Below the pieces are notes generated by a model. The model did no database searches, was not told the DNA's origin, and saw only the letters and a list, made by a program, of their open reading frames with translations. A program made the translations under genes and the position numbers. Source: a virus. From it: a stretch of 64,000 nucleotides of DNA. The stretch is from IMG/VR virus record IMGVR_UViG_3300025133_000029, positions 32,001 through 96,000 of that record. One strand, 5' to 3'. Below, piece after piece: positions 1 through 10,107 of the stretch (the stretch's first letter is position 1; the number at the start of each line of letters is the position of its first letter).

Positions 1-18
1 GTTTAGGAGAATTGGTCT

Positions 19-1227
19 ATGAGCTTGAGTACCGAAGAGCAAAATGAAATATCGATGTCTTTGTCTATCATTCCATTGGACGCCAAGGCAGCAGTCTTGA
101 GCTTGGATGGCGTGTCTCCGCATAAGTTGGGTGACATTATTGAGTTTATGGACGATGTGAAAAAGAAAAAAGGGTTGGATCTGCCGATAATCATCTTGGA
201 TGGACAGAGGATGTCCTTGGAGGTTGTTTCGCCTTTGGGCGAAGATAATTTTGTCTTTTTTCGATTTTCGGAGAGTTGTACATTGGAAGAAGTGACAGAG
301 GCCAAAGAGGAACTTGAGAAAATATTTTCGAAGGAAAGGGTTGTTATTATTCCAGGATCACCGGATATCGAGTTTGTTCCTTCGGGTGGGGCAAAAATAG
401 TGTTGTTGGATACTGGAAAATTATCGATCGGTGTTTTGACTGCCATCAATATGATTAAGAAAAAACTGGGTGATGATGTCGGAGTCATTCCAGTTAGGGG
501 AAAATGTGCGGTTCCCGAGGTTTTTACCACAGAAGATATGGAATCGCATGGATGGTATCCTTGGATCAAATACGTCAACCTCTTGGCAGCACATATAGGG
601 ATGTCGGAGCGTTTAGATATTTTCAGACACCTGCTCTCTAGGTTAATGGACGGCGAGGTGGTTCCCGAAAATGAGCTTGAGGAAATAGAGATAAACCTTC
701 TAGACTTTAAGCTACTACAGACACATGAAAGCAATAGAGATGGCAATACGGTGGAGTTTGCTACTTCTATTACAAAGCACAGAGATTTATTTTTTCAGGT
801 CCTCGAGGATTTCATCTTGGAGTTGAGGGGAGAGTCAGAGGTAGGTCGAACGCTTCCACCTCAACACTGGTTGCAGTATTTTATAGGAAAGCTTTGCAAG
901 TCTGCGATGGGTGGTGCAGAAAATTTCAAAATTGGTCTTTTTGAAGATAGAACACCTGTAGCAGAAGACCTAGGCTTTTCGGGGAAGCCCGATCGTTTTG
1001 AGGTCATTATTAATAAGCTTAAACCATTGTCATTAACAGTGGGTGAGGTTCTGCAGCAGTATAAGAGTAAATCTGCAAGCGTAAATGGTTTGGCTTCTGT
1101 TGTTAGAGATAAGCTATCGAATGCTCTAAGTCTTATCAATCATGAAGACTTATCCAATCGGGAAATGATTTCTCATATTGAGGACGCCCTTCAGACGTTG
1201 GAGCACATGGCTAAGTTAACGAGATAA
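19..1227 (+). CDS. hypothetical protein
   Basis: 402-aa ORF with AGGAG upstream; no recognisable motif. Confidence 0.7.
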   Translation: MSLSTEEQNEISMSLSIIPLDAKAAVLSLDGVSPHKLGDIIEFMDDVKKKKGLDLPIIILDGQRMSLEVVSPLGEDNFVFFRFSESCTLEEVTEAKEELEKIFSKERVVIIPGSPDIEFVPSGGAKIVLLDTGKLSIGVLTAINMIKKKLGDDVGVIPVRGKCAVPEVFTTEDMESHGWYPWIKYVNLLAAHIGMSERLDIFRHLLSRLMDGEVVPENELEEIEINLLDFKLLQTHESNRDGNTVEFATSITKHRDLFFQVLEDFILELRGESEVGRTLPPQHWLQYFIGKLCKSAMGGAENFKIGLFEDRTPVAEDLGFSGKPDRFEVIINKLKPLSLTVGEVLQQYKSKSASVNGLASVVRDKLSNALSLINHEDLSNREMISHIEDALQTLEHMAKLTR

Positions 1228-1252
1228 GAAAACAGATACAAGGAGTTTAGAG

Positions 1253-2035
1253 GTGGGTTCTTCTATTGATGCAACATGGCTGTTGGATTCTTGTGACAAA
1301 ACGTTTCCACATTTCTTTTCAAAACCATGCCTCTTTTTTGATCTTTGGATTGAATCAGAGATATTCGGCGGGAAAATTTTAGAGAATGTATTGCATGACA
1401 TCCAAGAGAACCAACTGGACCTAGAGGATGTCATGCGGGGGAGTGATGGGCACTCTTACTACGGTATCAAAAATTATACTACGGACATGTCAGCGGCTTG
1501 GAAGATTGTAGAGTTGTTTGGTGAAGGCATGGGTCTTGCGAACCCAGGATTTTCTTTTCGGGGGCCTTTGCGAAAGAGGGAAGGTCGGAGAGTGGGTAGA
1601 CTGCTAAGTAGTCTTGTGGGTTGGTATGTTGTTGCAGAACGGTATAACAAGAAGGAATTGATTTTCAATACGAATCCTGCGATGGTGATTTGTGAAGCGG
1701 CTCGAATTATTCGACGAGAGAAGTTCTTCATTTTTCCACATGAGCCAGAGGATCCAATCCCAGGAGCAAAGCAACTATCGCCGGAATTCCCATTGGAAGA
1801 TGACTTTTCGCAGACAGATGTGGGAGATGAGGTTGGGTGGAGTTTGGAAGAGTTTCCAAACTCTAGATCTCAAGAAGGAATGCGTCCTTTGCTAGAGAAC
1901 AATGTTTCTTCTGAACTTGGGGGGAGTCAACGTCTTTCAGAAGAGAAGAAAGGTTTTGCTTTATCAGTACCGGCTCCCCCTATCCAGGTTCCGTTACCTC
2001 CTTCAAGGAAGGGAAAGGGGAGAAAGAAGAAGTAG
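1253..2035 (+). CDS. phage ABA-sandwich (BC1872-like) domain protein
   Basis: Motif YTTDMSAAWKIVE and later NPAMVICEAA match the family pattern; AGGAG upstream. Confidence 0.55.
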   Translation: MGSSIDATWLLDSCDKTFPHFFSKPCLFFDLWIESEIFGGKILENVLHDIQENQLDLEDVMRGSDGHSYYGIKNYTTDMSAAWKIVELFGEGMGLANPGFSFRGPLRKREGRRVGRLLSSLVGWYVVAERYNKKELIFNTNPAMVICEAARIIRREKFFIFPHEPEDPIPGAKQLSPEFPLEDDFSQTDVGDEVGWSLEEFPNSRSQEGMRPLLENNVSSELGGSQRLSEEKKGFALSVPAPPIQVPLPPSRKGKGRKKK

Positions 2036-2047
2036 GGTTTGTAATAA

Positions 2048-3268
2048 ATGTCCATACGCTTTGTTGTTTCGGCAGATATTCATTGTCACAATTTTGAGGG
2101 ATTCTCGTCTCGTTTGCCATCGGGTCTACACGAGAGGATGTTTGTGCCCCTACGATGTCTTTCTTATATGAGAGAGGTTGCGCTCAGGGAAGGTATTTAT
2201 AATTTAATCATTGCGGGTGATTTATTTGATGCCAAGGGTCGCATTCCTGTTGTGGTAATCAATCATGTCTATAGAGAACTTTGTAAGTGGTCAGAAGAAG
2301 GGTTTCAGGTATTAGTTATACCGGGCAATCATGACCACGCTTTGCGGACGGGCGAAGAGCATGGCCTTTCTGTGTTTAGGGATCTTGATGGCTTTATGGT
2401 CATTGACGAGCCAGAAAAGTTTTATTGGAGCGTGATAGACGATTTTGGGGAAGAAAACTGGGTCTATGTTTCGGCGGTTCCCTATAGAGATAAACTGCGA
2501 GAGACATATTTTTCGATATCGGAAGAAGATGAAGCGGGAGACCATTTTCTTTTGTGCGTAGCGCATGGTGTTGTGGGGGGAACACATTACCGGAAAGACC
2601 AGGGCAAATCATTCGCGGTAGAAGGGGATGGGGTTGTTGATCACGAAGGGTTGCGAGAGTTTGATGTAATTCGAAGGAACTGGCTTGAGCCTTTTGATCG
2701 ATCCATTGTTGGCCATGTGCATTTGCCACAAAAGACAGGTAGGTATGATCATATATTGATTCCGGGGATGCCATGGCAACAATATCCGCATGAGTGTGGG
2801 GAGTATCGAGGGATATGGATTCTTTCTACAGATGAGGATGTGGATGATAACCATTTGCGCGTTCCAGATATTCCTTTCTTTATCAGGGCGGATCTTCATA
2901 TTGATGGTCGTTTGTCTTCTAGGGTTAAAGGACAGGGTGGTGAAAACTTATCGATGTCGATCGTTCCAGGGAACATAGTGCTGGTGACGCCTGAGTCCTC
3001 TGCTATCGAGCAGTCTGTTGTGAATGATGCTCTGAGTAAGTTGAGGGATAGCGGTGCTTCCTTTGTGGAGTTAACAAACCCGAGAGAGAAGATGGGAGAC
3101 AAACCACCACGCATTGAGCTAAACGCGGAAGAGTCGCCCTATGATGTTTTGGATAAAGTTTTACACTCTGGACATTTGGATCTGAAGGGATTTGAGCCAG
3201 AAGAGATAAGAGACTTGGGAAATGATGTTCTTGATGAGGTCTTAGGAAAAACAGAGGAGGAAGAATAA
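2048..3268 (+). CDS. sbcD: Mre11/SbcD-like metallophosphoesterase nuclease
   Basis: ADIH, AGDLFD, PGNHD, AHG and GHVH metallophosphoesterase motifs; Rad50-like partner 3.6 kb downstream. Confidence 0.85.
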   Translation: MSIRFVVSADIHCHNFEGFSSRLPSGLHERMFVPLRCLSYMREVALREGIYNLIIAGDLFDAKGRIPVVVINHVYRELCKWSEEGFQVLVIPGNHDHALRTGEEHGLSVFRDLDGFMVIDEPEKFYWSVIDDFGEENWVYVSAVPYRDKLRETYFSISEEDEAGDHFLLCVAHGVVGGTHYRKDQGKSFAVEGDGVVDHEGLREFDVIRRNWLEPFDRSIVGHVHLPQKTGRYDHILIPGMPWQQYPHECGEYRGIWILSTDEDVDDNHLRVPDIPFFIRADLHIDGRLSSRVKGQGGENLSMSIVPGNIVLVTPESSAIEQSVVNDALSKLRDSGASFVELTNPREKMGDKPPRIELNAEESPYDVLDKVLHSGHLDLKGFEPEEIRDLGNDVLDEVLGKTEEEE

Positions 3269-3269
3269 A

Positions 3270-4316
3270 ATGATAGAGTATAAAGAGTATGATCAAAAAG
3301 AACTGGTGGGATCTTGTATTTGTGTTCATTGTCAGAGTGTTGTCGATTTCAAAAAAATAAGAAGGACTTTTCTGAATGAGATTATTCGGTGTCCAGAGTG
3401 TCTAAGGATTGGTCTGTTTTACAGTAGGACCCAAGATGGTCTTCCAATCTATAGGGAAGAAGGACCTTTGCATTGGGGAGAACTGGTGAAAAATGGACTA
3501 GCGGTGCATTCTTGGACCCCGGATGACTTGAGAAACATTGCAGATGATTGGGAGTTTCGATTAAAGCAAAGCTCTTCGGACTCGGAAAGAGTGGCGAAGT
3601 ATAGAAGAGTCCCCTTAGACTTGGAGGAAACGCATAAACTTGCAACGAGAAATGTGGGATTGTTGCAAATCTATGAAGATTTCGAGTGGTTGTGTTTTCA
3701 CTGCAGGACAGAGCCTTTTAGTGCTATGGAGTTCGATGAGAAAGAAGGTGTAACTGCAGATGGAACATTACTTTGTCCCAAGTGTGGGATTGATGCAGTG
3801 ATTCCTTGCCATCCTGATTTGATGGGGATTATTAGTGGTGAAAATGACACACAGTCTTCTCGGGAATTATCTTCATTTATGGATAAGATGGAGGCTCATT
3901 ATTTCAAGAAGGATGAGAGAGTAAACGACTGGCCTCAAACTCTGGATGATTGCCTTACTTGTTTAGATGGTGTTTTGAACGAAGAGAACAAAGACTCACT
4001 GCGAAGGACAAAACGATCGGATCTTATTGCATGGCACACGTCACTCGGGCGCTGGATACGGAATAATTTTGGACTTTGGGAGAGGAATTTTCCACTTCTT
4101 AGTGATATTGCAGAGAAAGCGTTTCCTGCAGGCATGGATGACACTCATGCTATTGTGTGGCCTGCGGAGGAGGAAGTAAAAACGATTCATCCTGATAATG
4201 CTTCTTCCTGGATTACTTTTTACTTCTGGGAATATTTGCGAGAGAAGCAGCCGTTTGATGAGAGTTTGGAAAAAGAATTCTCTGTCGATGTTTTTTATTT
4301 AGGAAGAAGAAGATGA
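3270..4316 (+). CDS. multi-domain protein: Zn-ribbon modules plus DUF6794-like C-terminus
   Basis: CxxC pairs (CVHC/CPEC, CFHC/CPKCGIDAVI); C-terminal WPQTLDDC...HTSLGRWIRNNFGLW...HPDNAS resembles DUF6794. Confidence 0.55.
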   Translation: MIEYKEYDQKELVGSCICVHCQSVVDFKKIRRTFLNEIIRCPECLRIGLFYSRTQDGLPIYREEGPLHWGELVKNGLAVHSWTPDDLRNIADDWEFRLKQSSSDSERVAKYRRVPLDLEETHKLATRNVGLLQIYEDFEWLCFHCRTEPFSAMEFDEKEGVTADGTLLCPKCGIDAVIPCHPDLMGIISGENDTQSSRELSSFMDKMEAHYFKKDERVNDWPQTLDDCLTCLDGVLNEENKDSLRRTKRSDLIAWHTSLGRWIRNNFGLWERNFPLLSDIAEKAFPAGMDDTHAIVWPAEEEVKTIHPDNASSWITFYFWEYLREKQPFDESLEKEFSVDVFYLGRRR

Positions 4317-4322
4317 AAGAAG

Positions 4323-4652
4323 TTGAAAATGAAAGAAATTAAAGAGGAAAAAGAAGATTTTGAACTAGATTATGCTTGGTTGCAACGTCGGAAGGGTGTA
4401 AAGGTGATGCATCCTGTTCATGGGCTCGAGCTAAGACTTTTAGAGGGAGGCGATGAGGATTATGTTATTATGAGGTATCCTCAAAACAACATAAAGTTGC
4501 CAACAGTAAGCGAGGTTCCTCCTGAATTAGAAGCGTTGATACAAACTAGACTTGAATTGAAACGTCTTCTAGAAGGGGTGGAGACTGCTATCTCTTTTCA
4601 ATCTTTTGTTTCTTCGGGAAGGGGAATCTATAACAATGGCAAAGAAGATTAA
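4323..4652 (+). CDS. hypothetical protein
   Basis: ORF in tight co-directional gene run. Confidence 0.55.
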   Translation: MKMKEIKEEKEDFELDYAWLQRRKGVKVMHPVHGLELRLLEGGDEDYVIMRYPQNNIKLPTVSEVPPELEALIQTRLELKRLLEGVETAISFQSFVSSGRGIYNNGKED

Positions 4653-4872
4653 GTATGCTCAGTGCAAACTTCGTAAAGAAGTCGAAAATAAATATTATAA
4701 AGTAACGACGGCTTGGATACCTGAAAAATATGCAGTCATCAACAAAACCCTAAGAATAAGAAACACCGATACAGGTGAATGGGAAGATGGGTGGGTTGTT
4801 ACTCATTCGTTTCAGGTTTTGGACTCTCCACACCTTTCTTTTCCACGAACACTCGATGGGTATTGGCGATAA
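4636..4872 (+). CDS. small hypothetical phage protein
   Basis: Start reassigned to internal ATG (MAKKIKY); TTAWIPEKYA...DGWVV is phage-like. Confidence 0.55.
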   Translation: MAKKIKYAQCKLRKEVENKYYKVTTAWIPEKYAVINKTLRIRNTDTGEWEDGWVVTHSFQVLDSPHLSFPRTLDGYWR

Positions 4873-4878
4873 ATAAAA

Positions 4879-4899
4879 AATCTTTAGAGTCTAAAGATT
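4879..4899. repeat. dispersed palindrome copy 1 (intergenic)
   Basis: AATCTTTAGA-G-TCTAAAGATT. Confidence 0.95.
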
Positions 4900-4958
4900 T
4901 TTCCTCATCATTGTTTTCGGATAATATATGGTTTTCTTTGCTTGTGGGGAATTGAGCC

Positions 4959-5981
4959 TTGAGAATTATTTTTTATCTGATGTTCTCTATCTTTCTCTTT
5001 GTTTCTGGAGATACTCTGGGAGTATCTAAGAAGGAAAGTAATCCTACCTCTCTTCAAAGCTTCTTCAAAAAGAGCGTAATATCAGATCGTGGACTGTTTT
5101 TATATATAGAGAGAGGTTTTCTTCGGAAGAAGAAGTTCTATATAAAGAGATACACATCAAACAGATGGAGCGCGGAGAGTAGCCACGGACGATACTGGCC
5201 TGCTTCAGTGGTAAAAATATGGGCTGCGCTGGGAGCAGTTTTGTTTGCAAATGAGCTAGGCCAGGATAGTCGTCTGGTTTTGCGTGGAAGAGATTCTCGA
5301 GGTGTTTTTTCTTCGAATGTTATCTCTCTCTGTCGTCAGACATTAATCAGAGGTGGGAACCTTTCTTATGACAGGCTTTTGCGATTTGTTTCTCCTGCGG
5401 TTCTAAACTCGGTATATCGTCTTCGGTATAAGTTGAGGCGCATGTGGGTTTCTCGATTTTTCTCTTCAAGATCTCGTCTAAATCGATTTTGGATAAAGAA
5501 TTCTCGAAAGAAGTGGAATATTCTTCTTCGAGGAAAGATTAGTATTTCTAAAAAGAATTCCATATGCCGTTCGAATTGCATTTCCTTTAGCGACGTGTCT
5601 TCCATTATGAGGAGACTTGTTTTTCACGAGCGTTTATCAAAGAGAAAGAGGTTTAGGATTTCCAGTTACGATTCTCTTCACTTGCGATTGGCTATGAATC
5701 AATCGCCGCTTCGACTTAGAAGTGTAATAAGGAAATCTTTGGGGCGGAATATTATTGTTTATGGAAAATCTGGAAATGTTTTTGGTAGGTCTCGTGTAGA
5801 AATTGCTTTAATTGAGAGGGGATTTGGTGAGTATTATTTCATTGGGGTATCAATGAAATACAGAGGGATTCATAGGAGGATGGGGCAAAAGAGTGCATAT
5901 AGGCATTTAGGGAATCAAATGGAACGCCTCATTGGAAAGGTTCTCCGATATATAAAAAGAAAGCCTGTGGATTTCAGGTAA
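4959..5981 (+). CDS. secreted serine hydrolase of the beta-lactamase/PBP fold, very basic
   Basis: Hydrophobic signal-like N-terminus; SxxK motif (YWPASVVK), KTG-like motif (GKSG), GGNLSYDRL at the SDN position. Confidence 0.6.
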   Translation: MRIIFYLMFSIFLFVSGDTLGVSKKESNPTSLQSFFKKSVISDRGLFLYIERGFLRKKKFYIKRYTSNRWSAESSHGRYWPASVVKIWAALGAVLFANELGQDSRLVLRGRDSRGVFSSNVISLCRQTLIRGGNLSYDRLLRFVSPAVLNSVYRLRYKLRRMWVSRFFSSRSRLNRFWIKNSRKKWNILLRGKISISKKNSICRSNCISFSDVSSIMRRLVFHERLSKRKRFRISSYDSLHLRLAMNQSPLRLRSVIRKSLGRNIIVYGKSGNVFGRSRVEIALIERGFGEYYFIGVSMKYRGIHRRMGQKSAYRHLGNQMERLIGKVLRYIKRKPVDFR

Positions 5982-6020
5982 ATGCTCATAGTTGTGTTTA
6001 GTTAGAAGATATTTCTTTTT

Positions 6021-6899
6021 ATGCGAATAGAAAAAAACAAGGGAGTGATAGTAATGAATTCAAAGAATAACCTTTTGTATTATCTTGTAGATTGGAGTGG
6101 TGTTCCTTCTTATGTGCAGGGTTTAGCGGGAGATTTTTCCCAGGTTCGTGATATCAATCCAAATTGCGATTTGCATGTTGGATGCAGAGAAGATGAAGAG
6201 GGTTGGTTTATTCTGCAGGTTCCTTGTCCAACAGGAAGCTCTTATAGGATTCTGTGGTCGCAAAAAGATGAGTTGATTTCAAAGAGCGGACACAGGACTT
6301 TGAATCTTCATGTGATGGATAAAGCAAAGCGTTCGATCACTGCACTATTGGAGTGTAATGAAAAACTAAAGTTGTTTGTTCAAGATGATGACAAAGAAAG
6401 GATTGAAGAGTTTTCTGCAATCCTGCGCGGCGCACAAGGAACATGGGAAAGCTTAGAAGACAGCTTCCGATCTCATCTCGAGGATACCGCTCGTTTTGTG
6501 GGGACTTCGATGGGAGATAAGATGAGATATGAAGGATCTGGTGGTGGGGGAGATTATCTTTTACGATTGGTGGGTGAAATCTTTTTGGCGATTTGCGAGG
6601 ACGCAGAACTCTGCAAAGAAGGATTTTTGGATATACTGGGAAGTGTTTCGCCAGAGAAGGAAACGCCAAGTATTTTTTCTCCCTTGGTTCGTCTTTTGTA
6701 TTTGTTAACATCATGGAATGGGAATCTTGAAAAAGAGGAAGAAGATCTGCCTTCGGCAGGGGATGTCGTTTCTGATATAGACTTATCAAGGATCCGCCGA
6801 CAAAATCGGATTATTCGCAATATCTTCTTGGCCTCCGATGATGGGGTGGATTTAGATGAATCCAGACCTACTCTGAAGGAGGTGCCACCAACTTTGTAA
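6021..6899 (+). CDS. hypothetical protein
   Basis: 292-aa ORF; start may be ATG at 6054. Confidence 0.6.
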   Translation: MRIEKNKGVIVMNSKNNLLYYLVDWSGVPSYVQGLAGDFSQVRDINPNCDLHVGCREDEEGWFILQVPCPTGSSYRILWSQKDELISKSGHRTLNLHVMDKAKRSITALLECNEKLKLFVQDDDKERIEEFSAILRGAQGTWESLEDSFRSHLEDTARFVGTSMGDKMRYEGSGGGGDYLLRLVGEIFLAICEDAELCKEGFLDILGSVSPEKETPSIFSPLVRLLYLLTSWNGNLEKEEEDLPSAGDVVSDIDLSRIRRQNRIIRNIFLASDDGVDLDESRPTLKEVPPTL

Positions 6900-6915
6900 A
6901 AACTAGGGGTGAGGT

Positions 6916-8868
6916 GTGTCTCGGCAGGTTTATTTTTTCTCTTTTCGGAATGTGCTTTGTTTTGGCGATGTAGAAGTTCATCTCGATGATTCGGGTGGGG
7001 TTGTTGGTGTTTTTGGGGAGAGTGATGATTCATCTGCTTTTGATAGTAATGGGTCGGGGAAAACATCGCTTTTAGAGGGCATATACTGGACGCTCTACGG
7101 TGTAACGATAAAAAAGCGGCTAGCCGACGAGGTGATACGCTGGGACTCCACAGGCGGGGCTTGTGGGGTTGTTCGCGTTCGTACCCATGATCGAGATTTT
7201 GAGATTTGCCGATATCGTCGTGACCCAAAATACAAAAATGATCTGATCTTACGGGAGAGATTGGATGGTTCTTGGGTTGATATTTCTGGAGAAGAAAAGA
7301 AAGACATCCAGAATAAGGTTTGCAAGGTATTGGGGATATCTGCGAAGCTCTTTATGCAGATTGTTTTCTTTGGTCGTGACCAGAGATTCTCCAGCTTGGG
7401 AGACGCTAAACAAAAACAACTTATTGAAGAGGTTTTGGGTGTCGATATTTATGAGAAATCTGCACAGGTCGTTCGAGGGAAAGCGAAATCTATTCGTGAT
7501 GATTTGGAAAAAATAGAAATTAGGATAGAAGAGCAAGATAAGTTTTTAAGGTCTTTGCGCGAACGAGTTCAAGAGGGAAGGTTGGCAAAGCAGCGTTGGG
7601 AGATAGATTTTGAATCGAGGGGAGACAGGCTCAGAAAAACAATAGAGGATCTTGATGTAAAATTGTTTGAGATAGACAGGGAGCGAAAGAGGGATGTGTT
7701 CGGTCCTGGCTTAGGTCCTCTTTCGCATGATCCTCTCTTGGAAGAATTGGGGGATGTGAGAAGTAGAGAATCGGAAGTGGGAGTATCTGAGAGTCGGCTC
7801 TCTGTGATGTATCATGCTCAAAGAAATGATTGGATTAGAGAGAGAGGTCGGTTACAGGGGACGAAAGACTCAATCAACAGACAGCTGGATAGAATCAAAA
7901 GCCTAATAATGCAGGGTCGCTGTGTTTCATGTGGTCAAACCATTTCTGAGGGCTATGCTCAAGAAGAGTCAACTGCTAAAAACGAAGAGTTGTTGGCGAC
8001 TAAAAATCAATTGTCTGATGTTTCTAAAAATCTGGGTATGTGGGATGAGGCGATGATGCTTGAGCAGTCCAAACTTCGTTCAGAAAGAGAGGAGCTTGAA
8101 AACAGGAGGGTTGCTCTGGAGTCTCAGATTGGAGCAATTGAGAAGCAGCAGTCTCGTCTAGAGCATCTTGATTATCAATATGAAGATGCTCTAGCTAGAA
8201 GAAAGGATACAGAAAGGAACTTAGCTCTTTTGGGAGATGGTCTATATCCATATCTTTCCAATCTGGAGAACGTGGAAGAAGAGTTGTTATCAGCAGAGGA
8301 AGTGCATAGGGGTACGAAGGAATCTATTGATCAATTAACTTTATTGTATTCAAAATACAAAGTCTTAGAGGGTGCCTTTGGAACAAAGGGTATTAGATCG
8401 TATCTAATGGAATCTTTTTTTCCAGAGTTAAATAGAAGGCTCAGTTACTATTCGGACATCTTGAGCAATGGGCAGATGTCTGCCTATTTTTCAGCTTTAT
8501 CAACTAACTCAAAGGGTGAGGAGACAGATGGAATTAGCTTGCGGGTGGTAACACCTCGAAGGGAGGTAGGTTATGACTCTGGAAGTGGTGGAGAGCAAAC
8601 AAGATTAGATTTACCGATCATCCTGGCCCTGCAAGACGTGGCAGCGTTGCGAGGAGTTTCTCTGGGATTCTGTGCATTTGATGAAGTTTTTGATCGAATG
8701 GATAAGTCTGGGATTGATGGTATTATGGAAACGTTGCAAGATGCATCGACTAGACCACACACTCCTAATATTTTTGTAATTACGCACAAGGATGATCTAG
8801 CTCTTCGATTCTCTCGGAAAATTATTGTATCTAAGAAAAAAGATTGCACTTCTTTGCGCAATGGGTAA
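6916..8868 (+). CDS. sbcC: Rad50/SbcC-like SMC ATPase (T4 gp46-like)
   Basis: Walker A NGSGKT, coiled coils with Zn hook CVSCGQ, signature SGGE, Walker B FDEVFD, H-loop ITH. Confidence 0.9.
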   Translation: MSRQVYFFSFRNVLCFGDVEVHLDDSGGVVGVFGESDDSSAFDSNGSGKTSLLEGIYWTLYGVTIKKRLADEVIRWDSTGGACGVVRVRTHDRDFEICRYRRDPKYKNDLILRERLDGSWVDISGEEKKDIQNKVCKVLGISAKLFMQIVFFGRDQRFSSLGDAKQKQLIEEVLGVDIYEKSAQVVRGKAKSIRDDLEKIEIRIEEQDKFLRSLRERVQEGRLAKQRWEIDFESRGDRLRKTIEDLDVKLFEIDRERKRDVFGPGLGPLSHDPLLEELGDVRSRESEVGVSESRLSVMYHAQRNDWIRERGRLQGTKDSINRQLDRIKSLIMQGRCVSCGQTISEGYAQEESTAKNEELLATKNQLSDVSKNLGMWDEAMMLEQSKLRSEREELENRRVALESQIGAIEKQQSRLEHLDYQYEDALARRKDTERNLALLGDGLYPYLSNLENVEEELLSAEEVHRGTKESIDQLTLLYSKYKVLEGAFGTKGIRSYLMESFFPELNRRLSYYSDILSNGQMSAYFSALSTNSKGEETDGISLRVVTPRREVGYDSGSGGEQTRLDLPIILALQDVAALRGVSLGFCAFDEVFDRMDKSGIDGIMETLQDASTRPHTPNIFVITHKDDLALRFSRKIIVSKKKDCTSLRNG

Positions 8869-8919
8869 ACATAGGATGGGTCTAGGGGTTTTCTTTTATA
8901 TATAAAGAGTTGATGAGAA

Positions 8920-10107
8920 ATGAAAATTACAAGAAATAAGGTGGAGTTGAGTCTACCAAGACTTACATCTTTGGGTGAAGAGTTTGACCTTCCCGAAAGT
9001 CATTTCACACCAGGAACAATTGGACGCGTTTCTCAAATAAAGGGTCAGTCTGCGGGAAAAACGCATGTTATTCTTGATATAGTTGGTGGCAGAGCATTGT
9101 CATCACCAAGAGTGCAGGGTTCTGGAAATAATCAATATGAACAGGAAAGAGATAGACGTCCTCCGCAGATTGATATTTCAAGAATGCCAAATATGACTCC
9201 TCGTGATCGCTTTATGAATGGGACACAGAGGTTGGAAGGGGATGGTGGGACTCCTGTTTTTGCGTCTGGTGATCCTAGACCAAGAACAGGCCCTAACAAT
9301 CAAATTGTACAAAACTCTCCAGGAACGATAGACAAGTCGCTGGCGAATCCACTGGCGCAAGAGTTAGTGGCTGGGATGTTGGGTGGAGGTATGCAAGGGC
9401 AAGCAGTACCAGTCTCTCAAGAAGAGGCAGAGGCGAGAGGTTTGGTTGGGGGGGAGGAGGTTTCTCAACCAACTATTTCACACGACAATGCTAAACAAAG
9501 ATCCCAGGAGCAGAACGAAGCGTGGGCAGCGTCTGAATTTGGTATACAGGTAACTCGAGAACAAAAAAGCACTAGAACAAGGGGTGGGAGAAGAAAAAGT
9601 AGGTACTCTTCTAACTTTGTGGTTGGTGACGATGGTGATTACTTAAGACACCCAGATGGTTCGGTCATTAGACAGGAACAAGACGGGATTAGGGCATTGT
9701 CGAACTCTGGGGTTGGAGGGATACGTCCTCCACAGGCTAAAGAAGTTCAGGAACAATTTGTGCAGCAGGACATTCAACGTAGGAAGGCAAGTAAAAGTGA
9801 GGATGGGGCGCAGGTAAAATTTGAAGAGATGCCCGAGATGGACTTACTTGATGATCCTGAAGCATTGGAGAATTTGTTGTCGACTAATCCGGCAGGAGGA
9901 ACTTTGATTCCGGGTGTTCAGGGTGGGTCTGGCATTATAACAACAGGCAATGCTCATGTAGAGAGATCGCCTGTCAGTAATGTTCAAAGACAAACTCCCT
10001 ATCCTATTCCTCCTCATATGCAAAATGTTCCCCCTCCTTCACAACAGTTCTCTGGAATGATCCCGTTAGTCCCTGCTAATCCAGACAATAATGGAATGAA
10101 TAAATAA
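8920..10107 (+). CDS. low-complexity Gln/Gly/Pro-rich hypothetical protein
   Basis: 395-aa ORF; stop overlaps the next start (TAATG). Confidence 0.65.
   Translation: MKITRNKVELSLPRLTSLGEEFDLPESHFTPGTIGRVSQIKGQSAGKTHVILDIVGGRALSSPRVQGSGNNQYEQERDRRPPQIDISRMPNMTPRDRFMNGTQRLEGDGGTPVFASGDPRPRTGPNNQIVQNSPGTIDKSLANPLAQELVAGMLGGGMQGQAVPVSQEEAEARGLVGGEEVSQPTISHDNAKQRSQEQNEAWAASEFGIQVTREQKSTRTRGGRRKSRYSSNFVVGDDGDYLRHPDGSVIRQEQDGIRALSNSGVGGIRPPQAKEVQEQFVQQDIQRRKASKSEDGAQVKFEEMPEMDLLDDPEALENLLSTNPAGGTLIPGVQGGSGIITTGNAHVERSPVSNVQRQTPYPIPPHMQNVPPPSQQFSGMIPLVPANPDNNGMNK

Noticed and set aside
3-746. 247-aa minus-strand ORF
   Set aside because: Ser-rich antisense of 19..1227, which has an RBS and lies in the + strand gene run.
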